DNA from: Lytechinus pictus
Taxonomy: Eukaryota
Length of the DNA: 64,000 nt
Assembly: GCF_037042905.1 (NCBI RefSeq)
Contig: NC_087250.1
Span: 18,416,001-18,480,000, forward strand
Reading direction: 5' to 3'
Part shown: piece after piece, positions 44,730 through 59,300 of the stretch
Layout of the letters: each line of letters begins with the position of its first letter
Position numbering within the stretch: the stretch's first letter is position 1
Made by a program: the position numbers and the translations under genes
Notes under the pieces: generated by a model
Seen by the model: the letters and a program-made list of their open reading frames with translations, nothing else
What the model was told of the DNA's origin: nothing
The model's database searches: none

Positions 44730-47700
44730 TGAATCTTTTCAGTAATGTTACGTCAATTAGGTCTCTTAGAAAATGACTAGAAATGACATTTGCTTGTTTT
44801 ATTTCAATGGGCTAATGTGTCTTATTTAAGTTTTATGCTTTTGGGAAAAAATCTAGTCATTTGAAATTTTGTTATATTTTTATAATTTGAGTGTATAAAA
44901 ATCCTTTTTATCAGCATATCATACCAAGTTTGACTCTCATTTGGCCTTTACTGGAGCCCATTCCATAATTTTTTTTATAATGCGAAATTTTCAGTAACAG
45001 TTCAAAGCTAGTGAAAAGAGTTAAGAGTCACTCTTCGATTCGCATTTTATTCAAATTGAATTGTTGGGATGAACTTGGTATTTTAAACAAGTTTTTTTTT
45101 ATAGTTCCAGGATCATTTTGTTACTCTTTCATAAGCACATGTTAAAATGCAAGATATGCTAATGAAAAACTTTGCAAGGTGAGGATCTATTTTTACTTGG
45201 CTGGACTCGGTGAGTTGGTTTATTTTCGACTATGGTTATAAATAGATTGTAAATAAACTTGATACTAAAACATCAGACATAAACTATCGGTAAACAAGTG
45301 GTTTGTATGGTATTTTTCTGAGTCAAGTTGCATTAATGAAATCTATTTGAATTTCTTTGTATATCAACTGGTGAATTTAGTACATTGAAATGGAATTTGG
45401 TATTAAAGTTGTCTGAGCTTAGCTGAATTTAAAAGAGAAAGAAATTGTGGTGGTTAGGCAAGATATGAAAACAAAGTTTGAGAGGAAATTAAATATCATT
45501 GTGAGATTGTAGGTAGGAAAGGAGGGAGTTGCTGGGCGAGGGAAGAAAGAAAAAAGGTGAAATGAGGGGGGGGGATGTCAAGGGAAGAAATGGAGAGAGA
45601 AAAAAAAAAGAAATAAAAGGAACAGGTAAAGAAGAACCAGGAAAAGTGAGGAAGGGAAGAGTGAAACGTGGAAAAGAAAGGAATTGATCAAAAGGTTGGA
45701 AGTAGAAACAAAAAGGAAATGAAATATTTGGGAGTATAAGGGTCCATTGGTGGAAGGGAAAGTCAACACTATGGCAGATGATTTTAAAGATAATAAAGAA
45801 AATAGGAGAGAAAAGGAGCGAGTTCTGAGGGCAGGTGAAAGAGAAGTTTGAGAATTCAGAAAAAAAAAATGTGTGTGAAATTACAGCAGCACGAAACACA
45901 TTTCTTAGAAGTACACATCTTCCATTTGTCATAAATGTTATGATAAAGATGTTTTTTCTGAATGCACTGTAAATTTTTCTTTTCACAATGCTTTTTCTCC
46001 TCTCTTTCCATTCATCCTTTGATCTCTTTCCCTTTCTCTCCACTCTCACTCTTTCTTTCCCCCCATCATCTTTATTTCCCTCTCCCCCCCCTCGCTGTTT
46101 TCCCTTTCCTTCCTGTTCTCCTATAGCACATAAAGATCGAGTCCCCTTTAATCTGTTGCAAATATCAAGGGAATTTGCAGAATTTCTTTCCAGAGATCCG
46201 TTTCCAACCTTGGAGAAACATCTGAAAAAACAGACAAGAAAAAGTTTCTCTCTCTCTGAATTCCCTCCTTTTCTCCTATAACACAAAATGCTCACGCCTC
46301 CTTTCTCTCTTGAAAATATTGAGGAAATAATATTAAGGAATTTCCTCTTTTCTCCTATAACACAAAATGCTAGTCTCCTTTCTCTCTTGCAAATACATGT
46401 ATGAAGGAAATTTGCACAATTTCTTTCCAGAAATCTCAAAGTTTGTATACCACAGAGTAACCCATAAGAACCTTTGGACAAGAAAAGAATGAAACAACTT
46501 GTGAAATCGATAGTTCTTTTTGAGTTGCATTTTCTTTTAATTTCAAAGATGATAGAATGACAATGAATCATGTTTAACTACAAAGCGATGAGCAATAAGA
46601 TTCAACAGAAAAAAAAATGTGCTAAAATTGTTCAAAAATTCCCTTTAAACGAACAACGATTACAATATTCAAAGAATGGAATTAAAAACGTTTATGATGA
46701 TGCAAAAATCTTAAATCTACGAAGAATTAACACACAATTTTCAACAGTATACATTGTTTTAAAAATTCTTACTTGGTACTTTTATCTTAAAGTAAGGCTT
46801 ACGAATTATAATTTAACTTGTGTTGGTTAGATATGTTTAAAATTCAAAACAATTTGTTACACATGTATGCATTTGATGGAATAATAGTTTACTTTGGTTT
46901 AAGCTGCACAGAGTTACAAGTAATATCTGATTTTGTATGGTGTTCTCAAGAAAAACAAGATAAAAAAAAAAAACATTCAAACTTTATTCGAACTGAAAGG
47001 GGAGTCCTCTACTCACTCTCCAAAATAAAGAAATTTGTCTTTAATATAATGCATTGTCAAATACATTTCATACTGAAATGAATGGAATTTTGTATATATC
47101 TAACAACAATTTCTGCTGTTTGCAATGTGCACAAATTCTTCTCAAAAAATGGTATCAACATTTTTATAGTAATTTTGAGAGGGGAGTTTTACCAGCATTA
47201 TTTGTTTATGTCAAACTGGTTGATTAAAACCCGAATGAAAACAATGGAAACTTATACTGCAACACAAAATCATGACATTTCTTGAAACTCTGTGCATATA
47301 AAAAATGCATATTACACTTGAACATATATATTCTTATGGTACATTTAAAGAGTACAATAAAATGCCTTGGATTAGCATCTGTAAAATTCTTTGGCATTGT
47401 TAGCTATTTTGATCTTACATTTATGTTCGTAATCAAAGTTTATCCTTTTCTTGCTATTTGTTTTATTCATCAAAAAGCAACTTTTCTTTCCCTTTTCCTG
47501 CATATTCTGTTTCTTTGCGGCTATCATAGCAGCTCAGTGTAAAATATTGCATTTCAAAGGAAAATAATACTTCTTGGTACATATAGAACGTATCTTTTAG
47601 TGCCGTGTGCAAAGAATGGAAAACTCATCTCGGACACAGCCAATCAGAAAGCACCTTTCAGCCTTGACAGCTTCTCATGGAATGTAAAACAAGCTTTGGG

Positions 47701-49242
47701 ATTGGTGGGTCTAACTCTGGCAATCAGCCAATCACAGTCCACCTTTAACTCACTAGGTGGCTACACAGCTACTAGAATCTCACAAGCAATTTGACTGGCT
47801 AAGCCATAATCCTGTCCAACTACAATCAACCATTCACGGCTCTCCATTCAAAGCCTTTGAGGCTATTGTCTGTTTCAGTACAGTGAATTTGATTGGGTAA
47901 CTAGCTATATGCATTGAATGCTATGAAATTTCCATTGCTTCTTATTATACCAGCTAGTAACCATATTTTAATTCTGATTTGGTTCAAATCTGGCTAAACT
48001 TGCAAAAAACGTACAAAAATAGAACCTGAGAATTCTCTCACTTTTTGTTGTCTTTTTGGCGATAAACGCAGGTGGGGTTCGTGCAGTTGTATAAAATAAA
48101 CATATAAAAACAGGTTCTTAGAACCATTTGAAAAATAATAAAAAATATTTCCTTTGACAATATGACCTAGTAGGTCTTAACTGTATATTATAAGTCCCTG
48201 GCCTTTGATAGATCTCCTCAAATACGAGCCAAAATTTACATCAATTTTCAGAACATAATAAAATGAAAGAGAGAGTATTCCACATCCATTAAAAGATTGC
48301 ATAATTGCATTGAAAGGCCAGGGAATTATAGAATATTGTGTGTTTAAAACTTCTCTGTATAATATACACATATATATACGCTCTTTTTCTTAGTATACAA
48401 TCTTAAAAGTAAAATATACTTAACATAATACATAAGAATGTCCATACGGGGGCACTGTAGAATACACGATAATGCACAAATAAATTTGACTGAGATGAAG
48501 AAAAATGATGAAAATAACACATAAATTCTACGATGAATGGTTTGCAAAATGATTTTTTTTTCTTCCCTACGTCGATCGCATTGCTTACTAAATTGAAGGT
48601 TTAATATTCTGAACTTCTTGTCCTGCCATTTTTTAACAGCGCCACCTTTTGTCCAACTTGTAATGCATGTAGAAATCAATACTAACATTTGACTAGAGAA
48701 TTAGTAGAAGTAGTGGCTATAACTTACACAAAGTTCACAGTCTTACAGTAGAAGGCACACAATATGCCTCTTTGAATGAATGGGCGACTTTGCATTGTTT
48801 TTCGGTGTAGTTTCTTGCAGTAAAACATCATTTTTGGCTCAGAGCAGAGTCCTAAATTACAAAAAAAATTAACTGATATAAGACTTGCTACCAGACCAAC
48901 TTCAAACCAGTAGTATTACCTGGGAAGGTTTACTTTCAAAGGAACGCTATGAATTAGAGCTTGGGAAGTCTTGGCCTATTGAATTCACATTTGAATAAAG
49001 TATGGCATAAAAATAAAAAATTACTTTATAAAGATGGATAGTCAAAACCACACTGTTTTTTAAAAAAATAATACTCCTCTAAAAACAATTCTGGGACCAT
49101 TTCTTTGTAAAACACAATGTTTCATCCCAACTGTACTTTGAACGCGTTAATAAGCAAATGGTTGAAAAGCGCCAACTCTCTTTCGAGAACAGATGTACAG
49201 GAGTTGAAAGGTCAAAATGAAATGGCAGTTCAAAGGTCAAAC

Positions 49243-49403
49243 CAGGTGGGTGTTTAAAAAATCTGTTCGTAAGTTAAGAGCGACTTTAAAAACGACTGGT
49301 GATCCTTATGGCAAATGCTATATTTATTAGCGATGGTTTTGCACCTAAGAAAGGATCACCAGTCGCTCTTAACTTACGAACAGCTTTATGAAACGGCCCC
49401 CTG
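49243..49403. mobile_element. MITE (AAGTTAAGAGCGACTTT family)
   Basis: Inverted arms; related copies at 54095-54307 and 58150-58446. Confidence 0.75.
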
Positions 49404-52004
49404 AATACATAACAAAATGTGAATACAAAAGGTCATAATGTAATGCTTAGTACTCCCTAGTTTGAAAGAGAACACATGTGTCAAGTACTGTACTACTGTT
49501 TAAAAAAAATACCACACACAGTGTACATATATTTTTGGCAAATGCAGTGAAAACTCAAATAGACACAGAAATATTACTACTGTTTGGTAGAGAAAATGCC
49601 AAATCCATGAATGTCCAATATTTTTTTGTCAAAAGAGACTGAAGTAGGTAAAATGTTGGTCTTCTTCAACAACTGTATTATGTTTATTTTTTTCCTAATT
49701 GATTTAATAAGGCAGTATAAATGAGTCTTTTTCTTATGGCACAAATAGTTAATCATTATTAAAGGCACTGCATAACATCAATAAATAGATTCTGCCATAG
49801 GCTATCACTGATGTGAAATTTCATACCAATATCTTTAACTTTAAATAAAGTTGATTTTTTTAAATTTCATCCCTAATTCTGTCCGATTACTTGTGTTGTT
49901 TTTTTTAACAGAAGGCAAGAGTAACGACAAGAAAACTTGAAAAAAAATTGAATTTTCGTCCATTATGGAGTTTCTCTCGTGGATAATTACCTATTAGTAG
50001 CTGGATCTTGAATCATTTCATTGTAGCATTGGCTGGAAATCCTCTTCTTTCCCCTCTTAAAACACACAAAATCTATGTTGTCAAAGATTTTCTCAAAATT
50101 CATGAAATATACACAAGAAACAGGTTAACAGTACAGCAATGATAGTGATAAAGTACATCAATGAATTTTCTTTAAAATCTAAGATGCTCACTTCGGTCAA
50201 CAACGTGAACAACGATTAAAAAGTAGAATACAAGCAACAATTTTGCGGAATGATACAATGGTTCTTAAAAGTACATTAAAAACTACATCAAACTCTATCT
50301 ACATGATATGAACATTAGAGGCAAAATTTGAAGTTAAAATATGAATATTTGACAATGCTTTTTCTTAATTGAAATCACAAGAAGTCTGTTGATGATGTCG
50401 TTTTGTTTAAAATAGTTAACACTAACTATACAGTAGGTGATTAAAATGGGAACAAATGTCCTAAAATGATCGATGCTTGCATTTTCTTATTTTGGAAAAG
50501 CAGTTTTGATTGGTTTTTCAATTGGTTTTTATTAAATAGTTAAAAATAGGGGTAATCAAATGATGTATAGATTATCATTTTAAATAACACCAAAAATAAG
50601 TTCTTTTTTATACATTTACTTTCAAAAGAAATTTCTCTTTTTTCCAAGTTACTGATCAGCATGCTTGTTTTATAATATGCAACTTATTTGAACATAATCA
50701 TAATATATTTTCATGTTTTTGTTCATTTTTTTCTTGCAGTTTTTATGCTTGATGAATTTCAATGAAATAAGCAAAAGGAAAATGAATGCTTTCTCTGAAT
50801 ATTTCATGATCACAAATACATTAAATGACAAACGTAAATTTTGAGTATGTTTTGAGGTTCTTAATGAATAAAAGGTTAAGATCTTTATGAATAGCAATGA
50901 ATGAATAAAGATCTTCTAATCTGTAATGGTTAAACAATATGTAATTATTATTTTAATAAAAAAAAGCATCCTACTCTGTCCTTTTCAACAGATTGAAGAC
51001 ATACAATTTAATGGACTGGGTTTCAGTAAATATGTGCTAGTCAGGGAAAAATAAAAATCCATCTGAAAACCATTAGGAATTTTTTTTTTAGATAAAAATT
51101 ACATGTACATGTAGTATCTAAAAGCTAGTGCATGCATTGTGACAAAAAGTGCTTCTTAGGGGTGTGTTGTGCTTATGTGGTAAAAGTAGACTTTTGTGCT
51201 GGGCAATATAAAACTTGCTTGGTCGGAAGACAATAATGTAAAAAGCATATCGTCTTCCCTTGTGAAAAGATAATGTTCTAGGGGGAAAAAAATGCTCAAA
51301 GGGTGAACAAAACTTCCCTAAGGGGAAAAGACTGTGCTTTGGGGTAAAAAACAGTCATGCTACTGGAAAAAGACACAAGGTCACACACGTATTCACTTTT
51401 GTGGAATAAAATAAATGCTTCTATCCGGTTGTGCTTATCTTCCTACCAATTTATCTGACAGAAAAATAATGGTTTTATTGTGCTTTCATGGCTGAAAGTG
51501 ATACTAAACCAAATTGGTCTATCACCTCTGTAATACATTTCTATACACTGTCTGAAAATGGGATATTTTATTTCAGGGGAAAGGGGAATCCCCTAAAATG
51601 CCCGCTCGGACAAGACAATATTGATACTGTATCACAACAGATAATCCGTCGCTTGGTATGAAAGACACAAATTCCTCTAATATTTTGAAAGACGACAAGG
51701 AAAGACGGTATATATTACATCTTGTACTTAACCCTCACACCTTTGGCACATATCAAACAAAAACAGAAAATAAATTCAACCGTCATATTGTCAGTATCAG
51801 CACAACAACAGAGTATTCTTTTGAAAGGAAGGATATTCACACATTTTTTTTTTTAAGAGTACAATGTCTGACCTCATTTGCTTTCAGAGGCAGTTGAAGT
51901 GAGTTTAAAAAGTTTTTTTGGGGGAAGAAAAGTTTTCTAGAAATTAGTAGCACCTAGACCCCCTATATACTTTGAAGTATTTCTCAATACGATGGGTGAT
52001 TTAA

Positions 52005-52420
52005 TGTCTGGTGTCAGATGTACAATTTAGATTGCCTTCACTAATGCTAACACCAAACATGAGTTCAGTGTTGGTGTTGAATGCACCATTCAGATTGCAA
52101 TCACTAGCTCAAACACCTAACATGCTTTGGCAGTAGGCCTATTTGGCAGTTTAGTGTTAGTGCTTATGTGCTGGTGTTGGATGCACAATTCAGATAACCT
52201 TTGTCAACTCAAACACTTACAGGTGAGTTCAGTGTTGGTGTCTGATGCACAGTTCAAATTATATTCACTAGCTCCAACACCCACCATAATCTGGCAGTTC
52301 AGTGTTAGTGTTTGTGATGGTGTCGAATGCAGAATTCTGATTGCCTTCACTAGCTCCAACACCCATTTATTCTAAGTCTGGTGCTGTGGTGATGTCAAAA
52401 TCAGCCCATAACACCAATTC
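52005..52420. repeat. Degenerate ~70-bp tandem repeat
   Basis: agttcagtgttggtg..atgcac..ttcag..cactagctc.aacacc repeated about 5 times. Confidence 0.75.
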
Positions 52421-53204
52421 AACACCAAAAGATCAGAAGTACCCCAATGCTGGATGTGTTAAAATAAAGCACCTTCTGTAGTTGTCACCCCTTGTCACAA
52501 TGAGCATGTTTTAAGGTCTTTGTTTGTGATGACCATTCAAGAGCCCATTTCACATACCAAAATGAATGATCATGTGACCAATTTTTAATACTGATTGCAT
52601 ATCCAATGATGCACAAGCAATCGTTAAAAGTTATCATATGACCAATTGCGAATCCATACAGGTTTTACAGGCCCTGATGTGAATGAAACTTTCAATATTT
52701 TTTTTTTATGAATCTTCAAAATAGACTGATGAAACTGATGAAAATCATAACTCTATGATCTAAAACAAAAAGAAATCATGGAATAGCTAAAACTCAATTT
52801 TTTTATATATGAATCATAAACTCTATATCTATTTCAACACACAAAAAAATCCTGAAATACATTCATTTATCTATGTAAGATTTCACAACACACATAACAA
52901 TGAAGGAACGTTTAATAAGAGAAATCATGAACATAAGTCCATCAGAGAAATATTGGAAAAAGAAATACGGTAGTCAGGTGCGTAGTAGTACATCCAAGGG
53001 TCCGTTTCACTAATCTTAAAATCAATTTCATCATCAATTTTAACACCAAATTAGTTATAGCTTAAAATTGATTTTACTGTTATCCAATATAAGGCCTTGG
53101 AAAATGTGGCCTTAAAATTGATTTTCTAGAAAACTGATTTTAAGATCGATGAAGGGGCGAGTATGAGGATGGCCATGATTATGCAGCTTGGTTACGTCCC
53201 TCAC

Positions 53205-53314
53205 TCAACCTTGGTAGACCGGGTGGTAGACATCACCCCCGTAGCCTCCCTGTTGGTGGTAGCCTGATCCTGATTGGTAGGGGTGAGGGGATGTGGCTGT
53301 GTGGGCATCACCAC
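53205..53314 (-). CDS. A1CF: A1CF-like terminal coding exon (GGDAHTATSPHPYQSGSGYHQQGGYGGDVYHPVYQG*)
   Basis: strong tcttcctccAG acceptor, phase 1, TGA at 53205-53207. Confidence 0.72.
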
Positions 53315-56300
53315 CTGGAGGAAGAAAATAGGGGTGTGTAAGTCGATAGAGCCGGAGGGAAGCATTGAGGGTTAAAAAGGTGAAATGCTCTACATGTATG
53401 AGTTGATATATCTCACAAATTCACTCAATGCAAACAATTGATCAAACCATTTTCATAATTCATGACTGTTTTTAATTCTAATATAGTAGACAATACAGTC
53501 AAATTGTTTTTCAAAATACATGGCTTTTTAATTTGCTTTACTACTGGAGTTAAAACGCTAATGGCTATTAAATTTTTGTCTGTATATGTATGAAAGTAAC
53601 ATATAAAATATTCAGAATATAGACATTTTCACTTTAACCCGATTTCAAGTTTGGTTTATCAGATTAAATGAGCAGATATAGTAAATAGCTAATGGCGTGC
53701 GCCCCCCCTCTCCCCAACATGATGAATTGAGAGGGGGGCGCCAGACTTTGTGATTGTTAAGAAGCATTTTCGACAATGCATGATATATCATAAAATAAAT
53801 AAAACTCATTAATACTAGAACATATCTGCTTTGTTAAATCTACCTTAACAGGTGGATTAGTTTTAAATTACAAGAAACCTAGATTTTGGAAAACAAAATG
53901 TATTTTTGAAAGGTTTATCTGATCATTACAACTACTTATCACTTTCATGCAATGGTTCTATCAAAGTTCTTATTTACCCCATTTTAAGATTGATTTATTA
54001 AAAGGCCCACTAAGAAAAAGAGGATATCGCAATCAATGGTGATGGGGCAGAGGAGGAGAATGAAGAGAGGGGAAAGACTCAAACTGCACATCATGTGGGT
54101 GTTTCATAAAAGCTGTTTGTATAAAGTTAAGAGCGACTTTAAGAACGACAGGTTAAGAGCGACTTTAAGAACGACTGGTAAACCTTTCTTACGCTCTTAA
54201 TAATCACCAATAAACATTGAATGGTCAATATCATAATCATAAAGGATCACCACTCGATCCGTAAATTCGCTCTTAAATCAGGATCAGCTATATGAAACGG
54301 CCCCCAGGGGCTAATGTAGGGATGATTTTGCCCCTGAAATTCCCCATTTGCTGCAATATTAAAGTTCATCCCATATTGAAGAATTAGGCTATAGGTTGTG
54401 TAAGTAGTCCCCCAACATAAATAAAAAATAATCTTTTGCCTGATGTACACCAACAGATAGCTTCTAGACTACAAGTATGGGGGCGTGGAGGAAGGGGGGG
54501 GCAGAGGATGAAAGAGAAGAAGCTCAGAGACCAATTAAGAAGAAGACAATTATAAAGATCAAGAAAAAGAAGATAAAGAAGCAATCTTAGATGATGAAGG
54601 AGTAAAAATGATTTCTTTTTAATAGAAAATCTCCCTTTAAAGTAAAATACATCCAAACACCAATCTCATCTGCATAGAACTGTCTGTTAGTGACCACTAG
54701 TTTGAAACGTGCATTACAGGAACCTGTTCATAAAGACCACCAGGGGCCCGTTGCAGAAAGAGTGGCGTTTAAACGCAAGCCAAAATATCAATCGCAAGTC
54801 CCAAATGCGCGCTGTTGATTGGTTGAAAATCAAGTTGCGCATGATTTTTAGAGTTGCGATTGATTGCCACTCTTTCTGCAACGGGCCCCTGCTCATAAAG
54901 ACTGCTCTTTCTTTGCCTCTCTTGGGTAGTCTCTATAGACAGGTTTCACTGTATATGGGATGGAAAAAAAATCTACTAATAGCATTACCTACATGAGCTA
55001 GAATGAAAATGGAACAAATTTTGATTAAAACCATTATATTAAAAGTTTGCATTTCTAACTATTATCAAAGTAAACTCATGACATGTGTGTTAGAAGTAGC
55101 ATGCCGCTGATCGAAGGGCACATCGTACCCCTACAATGAAATGGTGCATTCCAGAATATTAGGAGAGAAGATAGTAATGGAATCTTCTATTTGTCAGAAT
55201 AGGGGTTGAAAGTGAACTCTCGTCTGCATCACAGGAAAGAGAGATTTACTAAAGAGCAAATTCCACCCCTACAATGAAATAGAGCATTCCATATTATCAT
55301 GAGAGAAGATAGCAAGGGAATACCCCACTTGCTTTAAATAGGGGAGAAAGGTGAATTAAAGTTTAAGGAAATAGGGGTGGAGAAAAATGAAGAATATTTG
55401 AAAGCAGATCACACCCCTAAAATGAAAATGTAGCATTCCAGAATATATTGAAAGAAGTGAGCAATGGAACGTCCCATTCGCAAATAGGGGAGAAAAGTGG
55501 ATTCCTACCTGCACTAACTACAACAGGGCTAGATGGATAAGAGCTATGATGTGAGCCAATTTGATGAGGATGATGGATGGAGGCGGGGTATGGAGAAGGT
55601 GAAGGGGAGGGGCTTCCCTGTACTGGACTCTCTGATTGGCTCTCCTCACCTAGATATGCAAATGAGGAAGCAAAGCAATGGAAAGGAAGGCTAATATATG
55701 CTCTAAAATGTTTGAAAGCATGATTAATCAAATGCAAGATTTTTTTTTTAGATTCAGACAAATTGTTAATCAGGAATGGGATAGAAAAGTTATACAGAAA
55801 AAAAAGTTGGTAGAATAAGATAATGTGTATTGTAACAATAAAGAAAAATTAAATGAAATCAAGCAAAATGTAAATGATTAAAATGATCGAAGATGAGAGA
55901 ATGTGTGGAAAAAATGATTAAAGAAAAAGTGTAAAAAGGAATGATAAATTGTCAATAACCCTTTCTAATCTTGCTTTCCTAGTCCATGAAACTTACATTA
56001 ACTACATTTTGAAATAAACAAAATCTTTACTAGATATACCAAGAAGTGATTTTAAAATGATATAATGGGCTAAACAAGAAAATGATAATAAGTGGAATAA
56101 GAAAAGAATGATTAAAGGTTTGCTCGCAGATGCAATATTAATAAATGCTACATATATACATGTATATGTCTAACAGCACTCTTGTTACACGTAATACATG
56201 GATGAGAGCGAGTAGACTTGCATTCATGAAAATTAAAAACAATAGAAGAGGTACATGTACATGATGAAATTGAATGCCATGAAATGAAAAGAAAGGCTTT

Positions 56301-59300
56301 CTGCAAGCTTGTTGATATTAGACATATAAAACATGTAAAATGAAAATAAGTCTGATAAACAATCCCCTACATGTACTAGTTCTTTTCCAGGGGAAAAATT
56401 ACATGGGGGCTATGGGTGATTTTGCCCCTATAATACTCAAAAGAGCCCTATGAAATAAGAGAGCGCCCTGGAAAATCAATATTCACTGCAAAAGATTGTC
56501 TAATGTTGCAGATTTTGGCAGTAGTTTGTGAAATGAAGCCCCAGAAAATGATATTTAAAAAAAATTGTTCTGCCCGTTGTTTACCAATAAATTTCTCTGC
56601 TTAAACCAGTCTTATGCCCCCGTTGACTGGCCTCAATGCACTTCCCGATAGGCCTTGGAGATTTGTTGAATGTTGTGCCCTTCTTAATTTCCCTTCTTGT
56701 GCTATAATATTGAAATTTGCCAAATGAAGAAGTGGCCTAGCTTTCCCAGGTATGAAGTCAAGGCCGGCCTCAAGGCCACATTTTGCCGGCCTTGGCCTCT
56801 GGCCGAGTAACAAAGTCTATGGGATGTTTTCCCCAGCAGCTTCATGACTTGGAAATATCAGCCTGACTACAAACATGGCCTTGCGCTAAAAAGCTAAAAA
56901 TTTAAGGCAAAACATATGTTTACATTTTCCATGAGAAAATATTGTTTAAATACACTGCATACTCAGTGAAAGTGTGCTTTTGATAACTGCTTTAATAATA
57001 AATTGTGGACACTGAAGGGCCAAGGAGCTACTCAGTCCCACTCTTTGGTAAACTGATATCAAACCACATGGCAAGATGTTTATCTAAGAATGAATATGTC
57101 GCAATGATCTTTCTTTCGTTTTTTTTCTTTTATGAATTAAAATGAATGGCAAGCATGTTATGGTGGTAATTTCATCATGAACTAAATTTGAGTTTATTAG
57201 ATACCTTGTCTGTTTGGGCTATTCTAGCATTACAGATGCAACATTCAGTTTCAAAGCATAAAATTGTAAACTTTAACATATTCAAACAGTTCTTTCCGAG
57301 CAAACCGTTAAAATTCCATTTTAAACAGTTCTTGTTGAGTTTGCCAGACATAGTTAACATTTAGTTACATACACAATCAATTTTACAAAATTTATTTAAA
57401 AGATTGAACAGGGCTTAAAGGCCATCTGGGACCATCATTGCTGCATGTCCTTTTGACTGTTCTAAATGTCTCTTTCAACGGCCTTGGATATATGTGTACC
57501 CTTTTATATTCCCTTCTTTGCTGTTAAAAATGTGCCCTTTTTGAAAGTGACCTTGCCTTAAAATATACAAATTTATTAGGTCTGATTGTAGAGAAAGTTT
57601 GCTTCATGTGCGTATTAAGGACCATGGCATTTGTTAAAGTGTAATGCTTTGAAACTGTTTGAATATCAGTTACAATGGAACTAGCAGTATGCATTAATAA
57701 AAGTGGCATATTTGTCACTCATCTGTACAGGAAAAGGGGGTGGGGCACTGAGAGTAATTGGGGAATATTTTGATGAATGACAAAAACAGGGGCCCGTCTT
57801 ACAAAGAGTTGCGATTGATCCAATCAATTGCAACTATGGAAAGCCAGCAATGTCAACATCTATTTGTTCAAAGTATTTTCAGTATGCTTCTCTTCTGTTT
57901 TCAAAGGACATTGAGCAAATTTCCAAAAGAAAAAAAATATGACACTGATGGATTTCTATATATACTTGAGATTGATCGGATCAATCATAGCTCTTTGTAA
58001 GATAGGGTCTAGGTCTTACATTGCAATCTATGCATGGCCCTCTCTATTACAGCTCACCTAGTTGTATGCGTGTATTGTGAGATAACAAAAATAATGCAAT
58101 TGGTACCTTTGTACAGAGAGCAGTAAATTGCCACTTGGTCTACACTTGGTCTAAGTTAAGAGCGACTTTAAGAACGACTGGTGAACCTTTTTTTACGTGC
58201 TAAATCATCAGCAATGAACAGGGGCCCGTAACACAAAGGTTAGCGACTGATCATAGAACATTTTCTACGATCGATTCCATTGACTACAATATGTACAATC
58301 AATCGTGAAAATCAAGCGTACGATCAATCGCTAACCTTTGTGTTACGGGACCCTGGTGTACGTACCATTTACTACAAGAAAGGATCACCAGTCATTCTTA
58401 AAGTTGCTCCTAACTTTATATGAACAGCTTTATGAAACACCCAACTGGTTCATCTATAAACAGTTCGTTTACTGTTTGGTCAAATTGCAGATTGCTCCAA
58501 ATTGTAGTTTGTACAGCACTTAAGTCCAATAGGCTATCCCAATTTCGTCTATAATGTCCCCCTGGTTCAACACCACTTGCCTATATGAAATACATTGACT
58601 GTTTAGAAACCAAATATTCAGATGACAAAGTGCAGACAGGTAATTAGAAGAAGTAGAAATTAGACCACTTGGAATAAATGACTGAGAGCCCAACAGACTA
58701 CTAGACGATTGATTGGACTGAGGTAGAACAAGTGAGTTTAGCCATAATGGTGTTAATAGATGATCTGAGAATTAGACCATCTGCAAGTAGACCAAGTGAA
58801 GGCAAACCAAAGGAGCATTTACTTTCAAATTGATGCCTCTTGCCATGACAACACACATTTTCATTTCTTGCCACTCAATATTATGAACTACTTCAATGAC
58901 TTGGCTTACATATGTTTGCTTGCATAATGAGTACAACATTACCCCACCCCCCCCCCCCCCCCTTTCCATAGAAATCAGTTATAAAACTTAATCATCCAAA
59001 AAATACTTTGAGATCATTTTAAAATATTTTATTTATTAATCTGATTATATCCAATTATTTATTTTTATTATTTTCATATATACTTTTCATTGCATTCTTT
59101 TATTCTAATTTATTTTTTTCCATTTTTGTGTCGGACATTTTCCTATATATACAGTTGTTATTGCTAGTTCATAACAAGATGATTAATCCCCATAAAAAAA
59201 GGAAAAACAAAACAGACAAATTAATATATAAATAAAATAAAAAATACACGCATGAACATAAAACAAAAATAGAAACTAAATAAATGAATAAAAATAATTT

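Noticed and set aside
45489..46571. 360-aa minus-strand ORF
   Set aside because: Spans purine- and pyrimidine-rich low-complexity tracts (K/R/E/G-rich then F/P/S-rich); no recognisable domain; stop avoidance is explained by composition.
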